IMG/VR virus record: IMGVR_UViG_3300008116_000041
Location: 828 to 64,827 of that record
Length of the DNA: 64,000 nucleotides
Direction: 5' to 3' (one strand)
DNA from: a virus
Lineage: Duplodnaviria > Caudoviricetes
Part shown: piece by piece, positions 1 to 9,798 of the stretch
Position numbering within the stretch: the stretch's first letter is position 1
Layout: every line of letters begins with the position of its first letter
Program-made: the position numbers and the translations under genes
Notes under the pieces: model-generated
Database searches by the model: none
Seen by the model: only the letters and a program-made list of their open reading frames with translations
Told to the model about the DNA's origin: nothing

Positions 1-659
1 CTTGTTCCACCCGAAATTACGATTTCTGCTGCACCTGTACCCCCACTGATAACAGTACCACCTGAAATAGTAATACCTGTAACCGAAGTTACAGTTGTAA
101 CACCATCAGAAACAGATAAATTTCCACCAGATGAAGCTGTGTTAAAAATTCTCCATCTAGCATTACTTCTTGTAACACCACTAACACCTTCAATAGTAGA
201 CCCTGTCCATGCGTCGATAAAGTTCTGACCTGCAACAGTTGCATTGGTACAGATGAAGTTGTCACCTGAAGGTACCAAAGCACCTGAAATTTCTGCTGCA
301 TCCCAAAGTGCAGGATAGTTGTCAATTTGAAGTTGATAGGTTGTGTCGGCTGATATCACATAAACCAACATACCAATTCTACGTCTTCCTGTTGATATCT
401 CATCACTATTGATGTATACCTGATCAGGAACCGCAAATGGTGTATTATAAGCAAACTCAATAGGAATAGTATTTGCCGAATTTGTGACTGATCCACCTGG
501 TCCTATTGGATCATAAATTAAGTCTTGGTGCGAATAAACCTCCATGTATCCTCCAATGGATAATACAGAGAAGTTTGTACCTTGGGGGTTATCAAGTGCA
601 ACCGAATCGGGTCCGTTTAATAACGTTCCCGAGATTGGATTTTTGTACTGAAAGCTCAT
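1..659 (-). CDS. Putative tail fibre/virion protein, truncated by window edge (not in ORF track)
   Basis: Manual translation from ATG at 659 is open to position 1: MSFQYKNPISGTLLNGPDS...RRRIGMLVYVISADTTYQL...ISGGTVISGGTGAAEIVISGGT; follows the 675..2285 gene with a 15-nt gap. Confidence 0.8.
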   Translation of the reverse strand, partial: MSFQYKNPISGTLLNGPDSVALDNPQGTNFSVLSIGGYMEVYSHQDLIYDPIGPGGSVTNSANTIPIEFAYNTPFAVPDQVYINSDEISTGRRRIGMLVYVISADTTYQLQIDNYPALWDAAEISGALVPSGDNFICTNATVAGQNFIDAWTGSTIEGVSGVTRSNARWRIFNTASSGGNLSVSDGVTTVTSVTGITISGGTVISGGTGAAEIVISGGT

Positions 660-674
660 GTCTTTTTTATTTTT

Positions 675-2285
675 TTATATTAGGGTGTTACCTTTAAAGT
701 AAATATCGGAAACTGATGCGTTTATTCTGAAGTCTGTGTTAGTATTTGATGTATACACTCTGTAAGTACCTGCCGGTATTGTACCACCAGTGTATTCAAC
801 AGTAATGTTATAGTATGCTGCGGTCATATTTCTTGCTGTAAGCGCGTTTGGATTACCCGCGATGTTTGTAGAAATCTGACTAATCTTTTGTCCATTAGTT
901 GCTCCTGTTGAAACGATCCAAGTATACCATGCATTTCCTGCTGTACCACCTGAAACTTTTGTTGTTTGGAATAGGTATGCGTTTATCGGATTACCGAAGG
1001 CATCGTTACCTCCCGAAGTCGTAGAAATAGGACCTGTCAAGATAGATGGTGCAGTTACACCCCATCCTGAGAATGATAAATAAGCATTGAATTGATCATT
1101 GAATGTTATTGGGTTTGCTGTTGTCGGAGTATTAATCCAAAAACCTCTAAACGAAGATCCTTGCGATGACATCCATCCGTTGAATTGTGCAGTTGCCGCT
1201 TGTGGTTCAATCAATAAATAACCTTGTAATGGAGCTGGTGTTGGTGTTGGCGTTGGTGTTTCAGTTGGTGTTATTGTTGCCGTTGGCGTTGGAGACTCAG
1301 TTGGGGTCATTGTTGGACTCGCTGTGGTTGTAACCGAAGGTGTTGGTGTTGTAGTTTCAGTTGGTGTTAGAGTTGGCGTTGCAGTTTCTGTTGGAGACGG
1401 AGTTTGCGTAACTGTTTCAGTTGGAGTTATAGTTGGTGTTGGAGTTGGGGTCATCGTCTCAGTCGCGGATGCGGTGATTGAAGGAGTTGGTGTTGGTGTT
1501 TCAGTAGATGTTGCCGTTATCGAAGGAGTAGGAGTATTTGTTGGTGTCTCAGTCGGAGTTGTTGTAGGTGTTTCTGTGTTAGTTGGTGTTACACTTGGTG
1601 TGTTTGTAGGCGTCTCAGATGGGGTTGTAGTCGGAGTTTCAGTAGGCGTCTCAGTTGGTGTTTGAGTTGCAGTTGCTGCTGGTGTTCCTGTTGGTGTTTG
1701 AGTTGGTGTTTCAGTAGGTGTTGGCGTTTGAGTTGGTGTCTCACTTGCAGTCTGGGTTGGTGTTTGAGTTGCAGTTGCTGCTGGTGTTCCTGTTGGCGTT
1801 TGAGTTGGTGTCTCACTTGGCGTTGCTGATAATGTAGTTGTTGGTGTCGGTGTAGTTGTTGGTGTTTGAGAGGTGGTAGGAGTTGGTGTTTGTGTAGGGG
1901 TTTCACTCGGAGTAGTCGTCGGAGTTGGCGTAGGTGTCGGAGTTTCTGTTGTACTTGCAGTAGGAGTCGGGCTAGTTCCAACAGTTGCTGTTGGTGATGG
2001 AGTAAGTGTTGGTGTTGGGCTGGCAGTTGGAGTTGGAGTGACACACTCGAAGGTGATTACCACACCATTGAACATGTCAGTTCTTGTTTGAGCAGAATAA
2101 GCTAAAGTCGCTCCTGTAAGACCTATTGGGAAAGTTGAATAATAAACATCAAATGGACCTAAAGCATTCGAATTCGAAGCTAATCGCACTATGTAACTTG
2201 TACAGCCTGTTACTGTAAGTTGTTGTTCTATTGAGTTGTCACATCCTGGGGCATTATTAACAACGAATATCGAATAAAGACTCAT
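675..2285 (-). CDS. Mucin-like Pro/Thr-rich virion protein (putative fibre/decoration protein)
   Basis: 536 aa with ~270 aa of TPTPT/TPTET/TPTQT repeats between two beta-rich domains; structural gene context; TATTTATA motif upstream. Confidence 0.75.
   Translation of the reverse strand: MSLYSIFVVNNAPGCDNSIEQQLTVTGCTSYIVRLASNSNALGPFDVYYSTFPIGLTGATLAYSAQTRTDMFNGVVITFECVTPTPTASPTPTLTPSPTATVGTSPTPTASTTETPTPTPTPTTTPSETPTQTPTPTTSQTPTTTPTPTTTLSATPSETPTQTPTGTPAATATQTPTQTASETPTQTPTPTETPTQTPTGTPAATATQTPTETPTETPTTTPSETPTNTPSVTPTNTETPTTTPTETPTNTPTPSITATSTETPTPTPSITASATETMTPTPTPTITPTETVTQTPSPTETATPTLTPTETTTPTPSVTTTASPTMTPTESPTPTATITPTETPTPTPTPAPLQGYLLIEPQAATAQFNGWMSSQGSSFRGFWINTPTTANPITFNDQFNAYLSFSGWGVTAPSILTGPISTTSGGNDAFGNPINAYLFQTTKVSGGTAGNAWYTWIVSTGATNGQKISQISTNIAGNPNALTARNMTAAYYNITVEYTGGTIPAGTYRVYTSNTNTDFRINASVSDIYFKGNTLI
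1231..2040 (-). repeat. Low-complexity Pro/Thr coding repeat with internal near-identical duplication
   Basis: 41-nt identical block starting at 1654 and 1756 (102-nt spacing) within the twice-occurring [19 protein letters not shown]. Confidence 0.9.
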
Positions 2286-2298
2286 TCAAGATTTTTTT

Positions 2299-2306
2299 TA
2301 TAAATA
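2299..2306 (-). promoter_or_regulatory. Putative late promoter motif TATTTATA
   Basis: 13 nt upstream of ATG 2285; same motif recurs before 16 genes. Confidence 0.6.
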
Positions 2307-2351
2307 CCCTTTTCTACTAATTTATCATTGATATTATTACAATTATTTTTC

Positions 2352-2744
2352 TCAAGCTAGAATTACCTCGCAGTTAGGATCCGTTAAACTCAATGATGTA
2401 ACACAAGAAGCTTCAACGGTTGATAACCCACCAACCTCACAGGATGAGGAACTAATTGTAATATCTGTGACACAAGACACTGTATGAATAGTAATCAAGA
2501 ATGAACATCCGAATCTACATTCTAAAAGTTCCATCCTTTCACAACCATTTGCATCAACCATTGTTAAAAGAATGGCAGGTGCAGTAGCAAACACAGATGA
2601 AAGGGTCGCACCTGTTTGCGGAGGTATAGGATTACCTGAGGTAATTGTATAAATCAGGGTCTGATAGTTACCATAAATGTCTGAAACATAAACATTTATT
2701 GGGTATGTACCCCCCGTTACTGATAAAATTTCTACTCTTGTCAT
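2352..2744 (-). CDS. Small virion protein with one SprB-like repeat and a periodic-Cys C-terminus
   Basis: Likely start MTRVEIL (ATGA overlap with upstream stop); GGTYP...DANGC motif; Cys spaced 11-12 aa at C-terminus. Confidence 0.65.
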   Translation of the reverse strand: MTRVEILSVTGGTYPINVYVSDIYGNYQTLIYTITSGNPIPPQTGATLSSVFATAPAILLTMVDANGCERMELLECRFGCSFLITIHTVSCVTDITISSSSCEVGGLSTVEASCVTSLSLTDPNCEVILA

Positions 2745-4789
2745 GACAAACACCTTATGTCGTATAATATAATTAGTTCAACAATCACTTCTTGTGAATC
2801 AGGTGCCGCGTCAACTAAACTATTGGATACATAAAACTCTTGGTCAAGTTCAACACCCAAAGGTTGCACTTCTACTCTTGCAACGAAAGTAGCGGTTACA
2901 AGATCACAATTTGTTCTTCCTGATGTGAGCTCGTCAAATCCACCATTCATTATCTGGGCAAGTCCTCTTTTTGTACCCGCCGCGAATGAGAATGTTTCTT
3001 CACCTACCAAGTAAGTTTGATACGAAACATAATTTTTATCACAATCGATCACTGTTGATCTCGTTTGACTACATCCAGAAGAATCTATAATCGTAATTGA
3101 GTAGGTTCCTGCCGTGAGACCTGTAGCAACGATATCTTGAGGGTTACCCGGTACGTTATCTGACCATTGGTACGTGAATGGTGGAATACCGTCAGATATA
3201 AAAGCGGTTATTGAACCATCAGATCCTTGTCCACATGATGTTGTGTATAGGTTATAAATCAACGGAACACTTGTATTGACAAATACTTGTTGAGTTTGTG
3301 TACAACCTGAAGCATCTGTTACAGTAATTTGGTGTTGTCCTGAAGAAACGTTCGTAAAAGTTATCGCACTTGCTGTTGTATCTAAAATATTTTGAATTCC
3401 ATCTAAGGAGTAATCGAATGGAGAAATACCTCCGACTGATTTTTCAACCAACACAATTCCATTATTTCCAGCACAGGTTGTACCTGTTGTTGTTCCTGTA
3501 ATTGTAAATGAGTTACTCGAAAGTATTGCGGATTCTTGTAAGAAATAGCATCCATTACTATCTTCGAGGATCACAGTGTAGGTACCTCCTGATAGTTCAG
3601 TGAATGTATATGAAGCTGCATTAGATGTAATTGAGAAAGTGGATGCGTCGGGATAAATTAATGTAAACGTGTATGGTGAAGTACCCCCTAAAGCAGTTAC
3701 TAAAATAGATCCGTCAGCATTACTACATGAACTTGGATTAACCGATAAAATAATATCAGATATTCCATTTTCAGTGGCTAAATCGATACCCGCACTAAAT
3801 TTACACAAAGCAGCATCAGTCACTAAGAAATTATATGATCCCGCAGGAACTCCACTCAAACTGAAACTCTGTGAATATGACACATCAATTTGTCCTGTGG
3901 ATGCCGAATAATAATATGGGCCTGTACCGCCAGTTATTGTCATGGTTATTACACCATCGGAGTTTAAACAAGTAGGAATATTATCTACGACAAATCCTCC
4001 AAGACCAACAGGATCTACTTGACCTATTGATTGTTCCCTAATTTTTGAACATCCGGTTGCATCAGTAACTTTTACTGCGTAAGTACCAGCTGTTAGTCCC
4101 GTAAGAGTACTACCAGTTGAACCATCATTCCAAATGTAAGTCCATGGTTGTACACCTGTTTGTCCCGTAATAATTAATTTACCTGATGGTTGTCCACACT
4201 GTGTATCAGGGACAATATAGAAACCGAAATCAACTTCCACAGATGGATTCACAATGAATGTTTGTGTTGTTCCTGTACATCCACCAAAGTCTACTGCCTC
4301 AATGTAATATGTTCCCGCAGAAAGTTGTTGGAAAGTAACGGTTTCAAGTGAAGTTGTTGCTGATTGTAAAAGTTCCCCATTGAAAGTGTAAAGAAAGTAA
4401 GCACTCTCTGAAAAGTTAGATGAGTCTTGAACAGTCACACTTCCATTTGATTGGCTACATGTTGTTGCTGACACGTCTATGATTGTTGCACAGTTTCCTG
4501 ATGAAACAGGAACGTTGACATCAAACTCCAAGTTTACAGGCATCGTAGAGTCATTAACTCTGAATGCGTAAGTTCCCGCTGAAAGACCGTTTGCAAATGC
4601 ATATGTCAAATTAATTGACAATGGATCCAAATAATCGTAATTATATGCCAGATAATTCGAATATCCCAATGGTGGTTGCCATTGAACTGTATACGGAGGA
4701 GTACCTCCTGAAAATCCGACTTGGATACTTCCACTTCCGTTGTTTTGGCAATCGCCCGTGACAAAAACAATGTAATTAAACGACGCCAT
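2741..4789 (-). CDS. SprB-repeat (Bacteroidota adhesin-like) virion protein
   Basis: About 7 repeats of G-x-I-x-V/GGTxPY...L-x-A-G-T-Y...D-x-x-G-C; likely start MASFNY at 4789. Confidence 0.75.
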   Translation of the reverse strand: MASFNYIVFVTGDCQNNGSGSIQVGFSGGTPPYTVQWQPPLGYSNYLAYNYDYLDPLSINLTYAFANGLSAGTYAFRVNDSTMPVNLEFDVNVPVSSGNCATIIDVSATTCSQSNGSVTVQDSSNFSESAYFLYTFNGELLQSATTSLETVTFQQLSAGTYYIEAVDFGGCTGTTQTFIVNPSVEVDFGFYIVPDTQCGQPSGKLIITGQTGVQPWTYIWNDGSTGSTLTGLTAGTYAVKVTDATGCSKIREQSIGQVDPVGLGGFVVDNIPTCLNSDGVITMTITGGTGPYYYSASTGQIDVSYSQSFSLSGVPAGSYNFLVTDAALCKFSAGIDLATENGISDIILSVNPSSCSNADGSILVTALGGTSPYTFTLIYPDASTFSITSNAASYTFTELSGGTYTVILEDSNGCYFLQESAILSSNSFTITGTTTGTTCAGNNGIVLVEKSVGGISPFDYSLDGIQNILDTTASAITFTNVSSGQHQITVTDASGCTQTQQVFVNTSVPLIYNLYTTSCGQGSDGSITAFISDGIPPFTYQWSDNVPGNPQDIVATGLTAGTYSITIIDSSGCSQTRSTVIDCDKNYVSYQTYLVGEETFSFAAGTKRGLAQIMNGGFDELTSGRTNCDLVTATFVARVEVQPLGVELDQEFYVSNSLVDAAPDSQEVIVELIILYDIRCLS

Positions 4790-7781
4790 TTGCACAATTT
4801 ATTGAAATGTTTATCCCAACATTGAGTGTTAGAAGTGTTTGAAGATTTTTTGGTATACAATCCATATTTGTAACGTTCAAAGTGTTTCCATTTAGGAAAT
4901 AGTTCAACCCATAACGATATAAATTATCTAAATTATCTGCCAAACTGTTTTTCCAAAGACTATTAGTAGGTACATCATTCAATCCATCCCCTTGATAGAA
5001 TGGGTATAGGATTATTTGTTCGTCCCCTAGTTTTAAATCTACATACCAAGTTGTGGAAAGTGTATTTGTTATACAATCATTCAACGTTAATTCTTCTTCA
5101 GCTAAATATGTTTGTAGTGATTGTGCAAGAACCCCTTGGAAATTTGTGACAGTGCCGTTTCCGTTCAACCATGGGAATACTTTGAATTCAACAAATTCAG
5201 TTGAACAATCGTAATTGAAACAACTTCCCACAATATAACATGCGTCAGCCGGTACGGGAACAAACTGACATCCTCTTTGTCTTCTGTAAACATACTTCTG
5301 TTTTTGGAAGATGGAATTCTCGAATCTTGTACCTGAATTCCAAATTGTTGTTGCCGGAATCATCTGCTCAACCAACTTCATCCAATAGGGACCTAAGCCC
5401 TCAACATAATCAATCAGTTTTTGATATGTGTAATTGTTATTTGGTATTCCAATGGTATTTTCCTGTTCCAAATACTTCCAAAATATCGATGAAAGTGTTG
5501 GATATCCCCCAGTGTGTCCATCGGTTATGTACAATCTATTTCTTACATTAATCGTATTCTGCCAAAATGTCTGTGCAAACTCAAAGAAAGTCTTTTTCTT
5601 AGGTTGTGGATTGATGAAAGTCCAATCTACCCCTCCGATTGTTGGAAAAGGTGTAGTCATTCCTGTTTCAGGAATTGGATAATCATAAAGTCTCGATTGA
5701 TTCCATACATCATACACCAAACCTTGACCTGGATTGAGGTATAAATCAACATTCTTCACATTTAGAACAAGTTTTTCCTTATCAATATAATAATAGGCAT
5801 CATAACCAGCATCTGTGGAAATTCTAAGATCCTCATCATCAGAGACCCATGACTTTTTGTTATCAATCGTTTTCTGTAATTTGAATCCCTCAGTCATGTA
5901 AGGGAAATCTCTAAATCTTTCTAAATAGATCTGACCATAAGTGAAGGGTTCTAAGACAGTTTGGAAAGTAGGGTTGGTTCCTGTGAAAACATTCTCAACT
6001 AACGGGATTTCAGGACTCCTATGTTGTGGTGTTGATTCGTACCAACCCGCTCCAACTTGGAAGAAGTACTCTTCGTTTGGTGTTGGCGCCTTTGGATATC
6101 CCTCAATGTCCATAGGAAAGTCAGATAATCCAACATTGACCTCCTCTAATATTGTCGTTGATGTGAAAGCACTGTAAACCTGACCTTGAAGCTTATATGT
6201 TACTGTTGAAGATAAACTTGGAACATTATCTACGTATGTTCCACCTGATATCTTTGCATATTGAACGGCAAATTGATCTAAATTAATTCTTTGATCGGCA
6301 ACATATATGTTTTCATTGAATTCAATCAACGCTTCAGGTGCTCCAACCAGTCTCAGAAGAAACTCTACTGATCTTCTCGTACCCTTAGATCTGAATAGAT
6401 AACCCGAGTTTAGAATAAGATTCCTATAGTATTGGTAATTCAATTCAGTTGGAGTTAAAGCTCTAGCATAACCCGGGTAAGCCGGTGCATTTGTCTGACC
6501 GAACACAGAATCCAAAAAGTTTTCATTTGTAATCGGTGATATATTTGGTTCCCAACCTAAAGTCGCGGCTAAATTTTTCAATAACAAAGAAGGAATGTCA
6601 TTCTGAATGGTGTAATTAACTGAAGTCATATTAGCCATACCATCAATGAATAATTTAACTTGATCGAAACTCCTACCGTAGATTTGAAGAATCTTTTCAA
6701 CCTTTCTATCCTTTGTATCAAACTCCTTGAATGAGTCTTGAATCAAGAAACGCGAGATTAAATTAGTCTTGTACGAATCAAGTTCTTCTGAAACAAATGC
6801 AAGTTGTGTTAAGTACTCATCAAAAGCATTGGTCCTGATGTCCAAGTTCCATGTACCCTCCAAAGGCCAAGTTAAAGTTGTAAAGTTGTTGTAGAACTGA
6901 CCGTTTTCATCCTCACTAGGCACCTGGAATACCGCAGTGTAAGGCGGTTCTATCAATCTATTGAGAAGGAATTTTTCAATCTCATCGAATGACTCGGCAA
7001 ATACTTGGTCCACTACTAAATCATTTGGTCTGATGTGGTAGTTGGAAGAATAGGTTGTTGCTGTTGTTCCGAACGGTGATCCCGAAACATAAAATGTTAA
7101 TGTACCTGTCGCCAAACTATCTGAGGGTTCAAAAGAAAGGACTTTGAAGATATCGTAAGGGTTACTTGTGTTACCTGTATTCGTGATCGCAACGCAGTAA
7201 TCAAGATAAGTACTGTTGAGGTTCCTCAACGGTGATGTTACAATCTCACGGGCTAGTATATTTGTTGCCGCAGAAATCGAATAATCAATCATAAAAGGAT
7301 TTGTCAATCGATCAACATCAACAGAAAATATTGTTTCATCGTTTATCCCATCGTAAACAATATTATATGCAGTAAAACCAGTCAAAGATTGTTGGTTCAT
7401 GAACCTCACATCTAAAGAAGCCGGAAACTTATTGATAATTCTTGTAACAGATACTTGTAATCTTTTAGCCAAAGAACCATACATAGAGAAGTTGGTAACT
7501 TCAGTCAAATCCAAATTCGGATAAACTCTAAATTCTTTTGCAAAAATCAATCTGCTCTCCGCAAGTTGATCCACTTGTAAATCTTCTAAACTGATAGGTT
7601 TTGAAAAGGCACCAATATTAAATTCACGGTTAACTTTTTCTGTAATACCTGTTGTAAATTCGAAATTACCTTGCGTAAGACCTCCACCCTCAACAGTTTG
7701 TAAACCTACAATATTGTCGGAGAATGTACCAGCCCCACTACCAGGTCTAGGTGGATAAAAATATTTTACTTGTTGAGCCAT
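4776..7781 (-). CDS. Large baseplate wedge/structural protein (possibly gp7-like)
   Basis: 1001 aa; LLKNLAATLGW...YLFRSKGTRRSVEFLLRLVG segment resembles the baseplate wedge (P2 gpI/gp7-type) KGT motif; baseplate context. Confidence 0.55.
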   Translation of the reverse strand: MAQQVKYFYPPRPGSGAGTFSDNIVGLQTVEGGGLTQGNFEFTTGITEKVNREFNIGAFSKPISLEDLQVDQLAESRLIFAKEFRVYPNLDLTEVTNFSMYGSLAKRLQVSVTRIINKFPASLDVRFMNQQSLTGFTAYNIVYDGINDETIFSVDVDRLTNPFMIDYSISAATNILAREIVTSPLRNLNSTYLDYCVAITNTGNTSNPYDIFKVLSFEPSDSLATGTLTFYVSGSPFGTTATTYSSNYHIRPNDLVVDQVFAESFDEIEKFLLNRLIEPPYTAVFQVPSEDENGQFYNNFTTLTWPLEGTWNLDIRTNAFDEYLTQLAFVSEELDSYKTNLISRFLIQDSFKEFDTKDRKVEKILQIYGRSFDQVKLFIDGMANMTSVNYTIQNDIPSLLLKNLAATLGWEPNISPITNENFLDSVFGQTNAPAYPGYARALTPTELNYQYYRNLILNSGYLFRSKGTRRSVEFLLRLVGAPEALIEFNENIYVADQRINLDQFAVQYAKISGGTYVDNVPSLSSTVTYKLQGQVYSAFTSTTILEEVNVGLSDFPMDIEGYPKAPTPNEEYFFQVGAGWYESTPQHRSPEIPLVENVFTGTNPTFQTVLEPFTYGQIYLERFRDFPYMTEGFKLQKTIDNKKSWVSDDEDLRISTDAGYDAYYYIDKEKLVLNVKNVDLYLNPGQGLVYDVWNQSRLYDYPIPETGMTTPFPTIGGVDWTFINPQPKKKTFFEFAQTFWQNTINVRNRLYITDGHTGGYPTLSSIFWKYLEQENTIGIPNNNYTYQKLIDYVEGLGPYWMKLVEQMIPATTIWNSGTRFENSIFQKQKYVYRRQRGCQFVPVPADACYIVGSCFNYDCSTEFVEFKVFPWLNGNGTVTNFQGVLAQSLQTYLAEEELTLNDCITNTLSTTWYVDLKLGDEQIILYPFYQGDGLNDVPTNSLWKNSLADNLDNLYRYGLNYFLNGNTLNVTNMDCIPKNLQTLLTLNVGINISINCANGVV

Positions 7782-8686
7782 TAACTAATAATCGTGTTGA
7801 AGTTTTTACTGAAATCGATATTATCACCTCTATTTTGTCTAACCTCATATAGAAGATCATTGAATTGGTCCCTAATTTCAAACAAGTTGTATTGTCTGAA
7901 TATATTGTTGTTAGAGTCATAGATGGTGTAGATTCCATCATCAATAGACTTGGTCTGATTTCCGTAAAGTGCGATTGCTAGTGTTGAAACATCATACTCA
8001 ACCATCTCAATATCGATTGTTACAGGATTGAAAAATGTATTCGTCAAAATAATATCTTGATCAGGTTGTCCAATGTATGGTGTAGCGTTTGGTTTGTTCG
8101 TAGGTGATGATGATGGTGATAGGGTCAAGAACATAAGATTCGCAGTACTATCCGTATATCTGTATCTTATCGATTTTTGTTGTGTGTTTACTTGATTCGT
8201 AACAACAGGCTCACAGAAGAAATTCGATGTTACAATTCTGAAGAAGTTAGGAATCTTAGTTCCATCTGCGTTCAAGTATTCGATTCTGAATCCAACAAGT
8301 CCCTGAGGTACAAATTTGTTTCTATACTCTTGTGGTATGAGATTAAGATCTAATACTAATCCTTTCACATTTGGTAAAGCACTTAACACACCACAATCAA
8401 TGATTGTAGTTCTCACTTGAGCAGGTCTAATAAGAAGGGTATAAATTCCCAAAGCATTGAACTCTGTTGCCGGTAAAGTTAAATTGTATAATCCACCTAA
8501 AATCTCGACAGATGATCCACCGATTTGTTGGTTACTAAAATAAGGGCGTAGTAAAGTTTTGGCATCGAGTTTTTTCAAAACGAAGTTGTTTGTTACGTCT
8601 CTTGACGGAGTATAATTCAAAATTATCTCCATATCGTCTGGTGAACAGTCAGCTGGTCTTATTGTTCCGTATGAAGCTATCGCCAT
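7781..8686 (-). CDS. Hypothetical structural protein
   Basis: 301 aa ORF, TAATG-coupled to downstream gene, late motif upstream. Confidence 0.6.
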   Translation of the reverse strand: MAIASYGTIRPADCSPDDMEIILNYTPSRDVTNNFVLKKLDAKTLLRPYFSNQQIGGSSVEILGGLYNLTLPATEFNALGIYTLLIRPAQVRTTIIDCGVLSALPNVKGLVLDLNLIPQEYRNKFVPQGLVGFRIEYLNADGTKIPNFFRIVTSNFFCEPVVTNQVNTQQKSIRYRYTDSTANLMFLTLSPSSSPTNKPNATPYIGQPDQDIILTNTFFNPVTIDIEMVEYDVSTLAIALYGNQTKSIDDGIYTIYDSNNNIFRQYNLFEIRDQFNDLLYEVRQNRGDNIDFSKNFNTIIS

Positions 8687-8703
8687 TTTCTTTTGTTATT
8701 TTC

Positions 8704-8711
8704 TATAAATA
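8704..8711 (-). promoter_or_regulatory. Putative late promoter motif TATTTATA
   Basis: 17 nt upstream of ATG 8686. Confidence 0.6.
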
Positions 8712-8721
8712 GTTTATCTGT

Positions 8722-9798
8722 TTATTTGGTTTCAACATTGAAGAATCTATATCCATAGTTTATTAAATCCCCCAAGTTATCAACCTCACCTAATCTTTGT
8801 ATTTGTTCATATGCCGAGTTCTTACCCCTTTCAACATATAAGTTTGTCACAATCTCAGCATCTCCAACCGCTTTTTGTAAAGCAGGATCTTTGTAAAAGA
8901 ATTGAGCCGTCAGTTCATTTTCGGTGAATCCTGAACTCTTAACAAAGAATCTTGTTTCACCGTTAGCAAAATCATAATAATCAACATTCTGAATTGTGTA
9001 TCCCGTCACAACAAGTGATATATCATTTATCACTCCAAAAATCCCTCCGTCTTTAATTACAGGAGCACCAACAATAAATTTCTGTGGACCATATTGAGCC
9101 AACTCTTGGATTCTAGAATTAGTCAAACCTGAGACTGTATATGGAACTGTTGTGAATGTTGATGACACCTGGTCTTGAACGTTATTCTCAGCGTCTCCTG
9201 AAAAAATAAAATTGTAACTTATAGGTGTTGCAGACCAACTTCCTGTATTTGAAATAAAGAAAGCAGTCCCGTTAGGATTTATTATTGTGGCATCTCTGAA
9301 AGGTGTTACGATTTCTTTTTTTACAATGTTCGTACCCCATGGATTTTTCTGTGTCAATGTTATTGTATAAGCACTAACCACCGTAGGATACTGATGTGAA
9401 ATATATGCAGGTGTGAGTTGATCAAAATTATTATTTGGTGACCCATCTCCCCAATCTATTGTATATGTGGATAGTTCAAGAAACTTCTTAAATTCATCTG
9501 AGGTATTATAAACATGATAAAGATAAGGTGCTGAAGTTGTTGCCGAGAATATGAAATTGGTAACAACATCTTTTTGATAAACAGCTCCGTCAAAAGGAGA
9601 ATAAAATCCACAATCCAATGCCGTCTCAGTGATCAAAATGGGTATCGTCAATCCTGTTAATAATGAAGATCCACCAGGTCCCGATGATAGAACTTGTGTC
9701 ATCGCAGAGTAAACTCCAACAGGTGTACCTGAATAATTTACAGTGAACAGATCTCCTTGAATAACCTCAGGTGATATAATGTAATTGTAATCTGGCAT
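8722..9798 (-). CDS. Structural protein with PKD-like domain
   Basis: YTIDWGDGS...HQYP...YTITLT is a PKD-domain-like signature. Confidence 0.6.
   Translation of the reverse strand: MPDYNYIISPEVIQGDLFTVNYSGTPVGVYSAMTQVLSSGPGGSSLLTGLTIPILITETALDCGFYSPFDGAVYQKDVVTNFIFSATTSAPYLYHVYNTSDEFKKFLELSTYTIDWGDGSPNNNFDQLTPAYISHQYPTVVSAYTITLTQKNPWGTNIVKKEIVTPFRDATIINPNGTAFFISNTGSWSATPISYNFIFSGDAENNVQDQVSSTFTTVPYTVSGLTNSRIQELAQYGPQKFIVGAPVIKDGGIFGVINDISLVVTGYTIQNVDYYDFANGETRFFVKSSGFTENELTAQFFYKDPALQKAVGDAEIVTNLYVERGKNSAYEQIQRLGEVDNLGDLINYGYRFFNVETK

Noticed and set aside
1324-2091. Plus-strand VGVGV-rich ORFs and the alternative-frame Q/H/L-rich ORF
   Set aside because: Shadow frames of the Pro/Thr repeat, which lacks stop codons in other frames.
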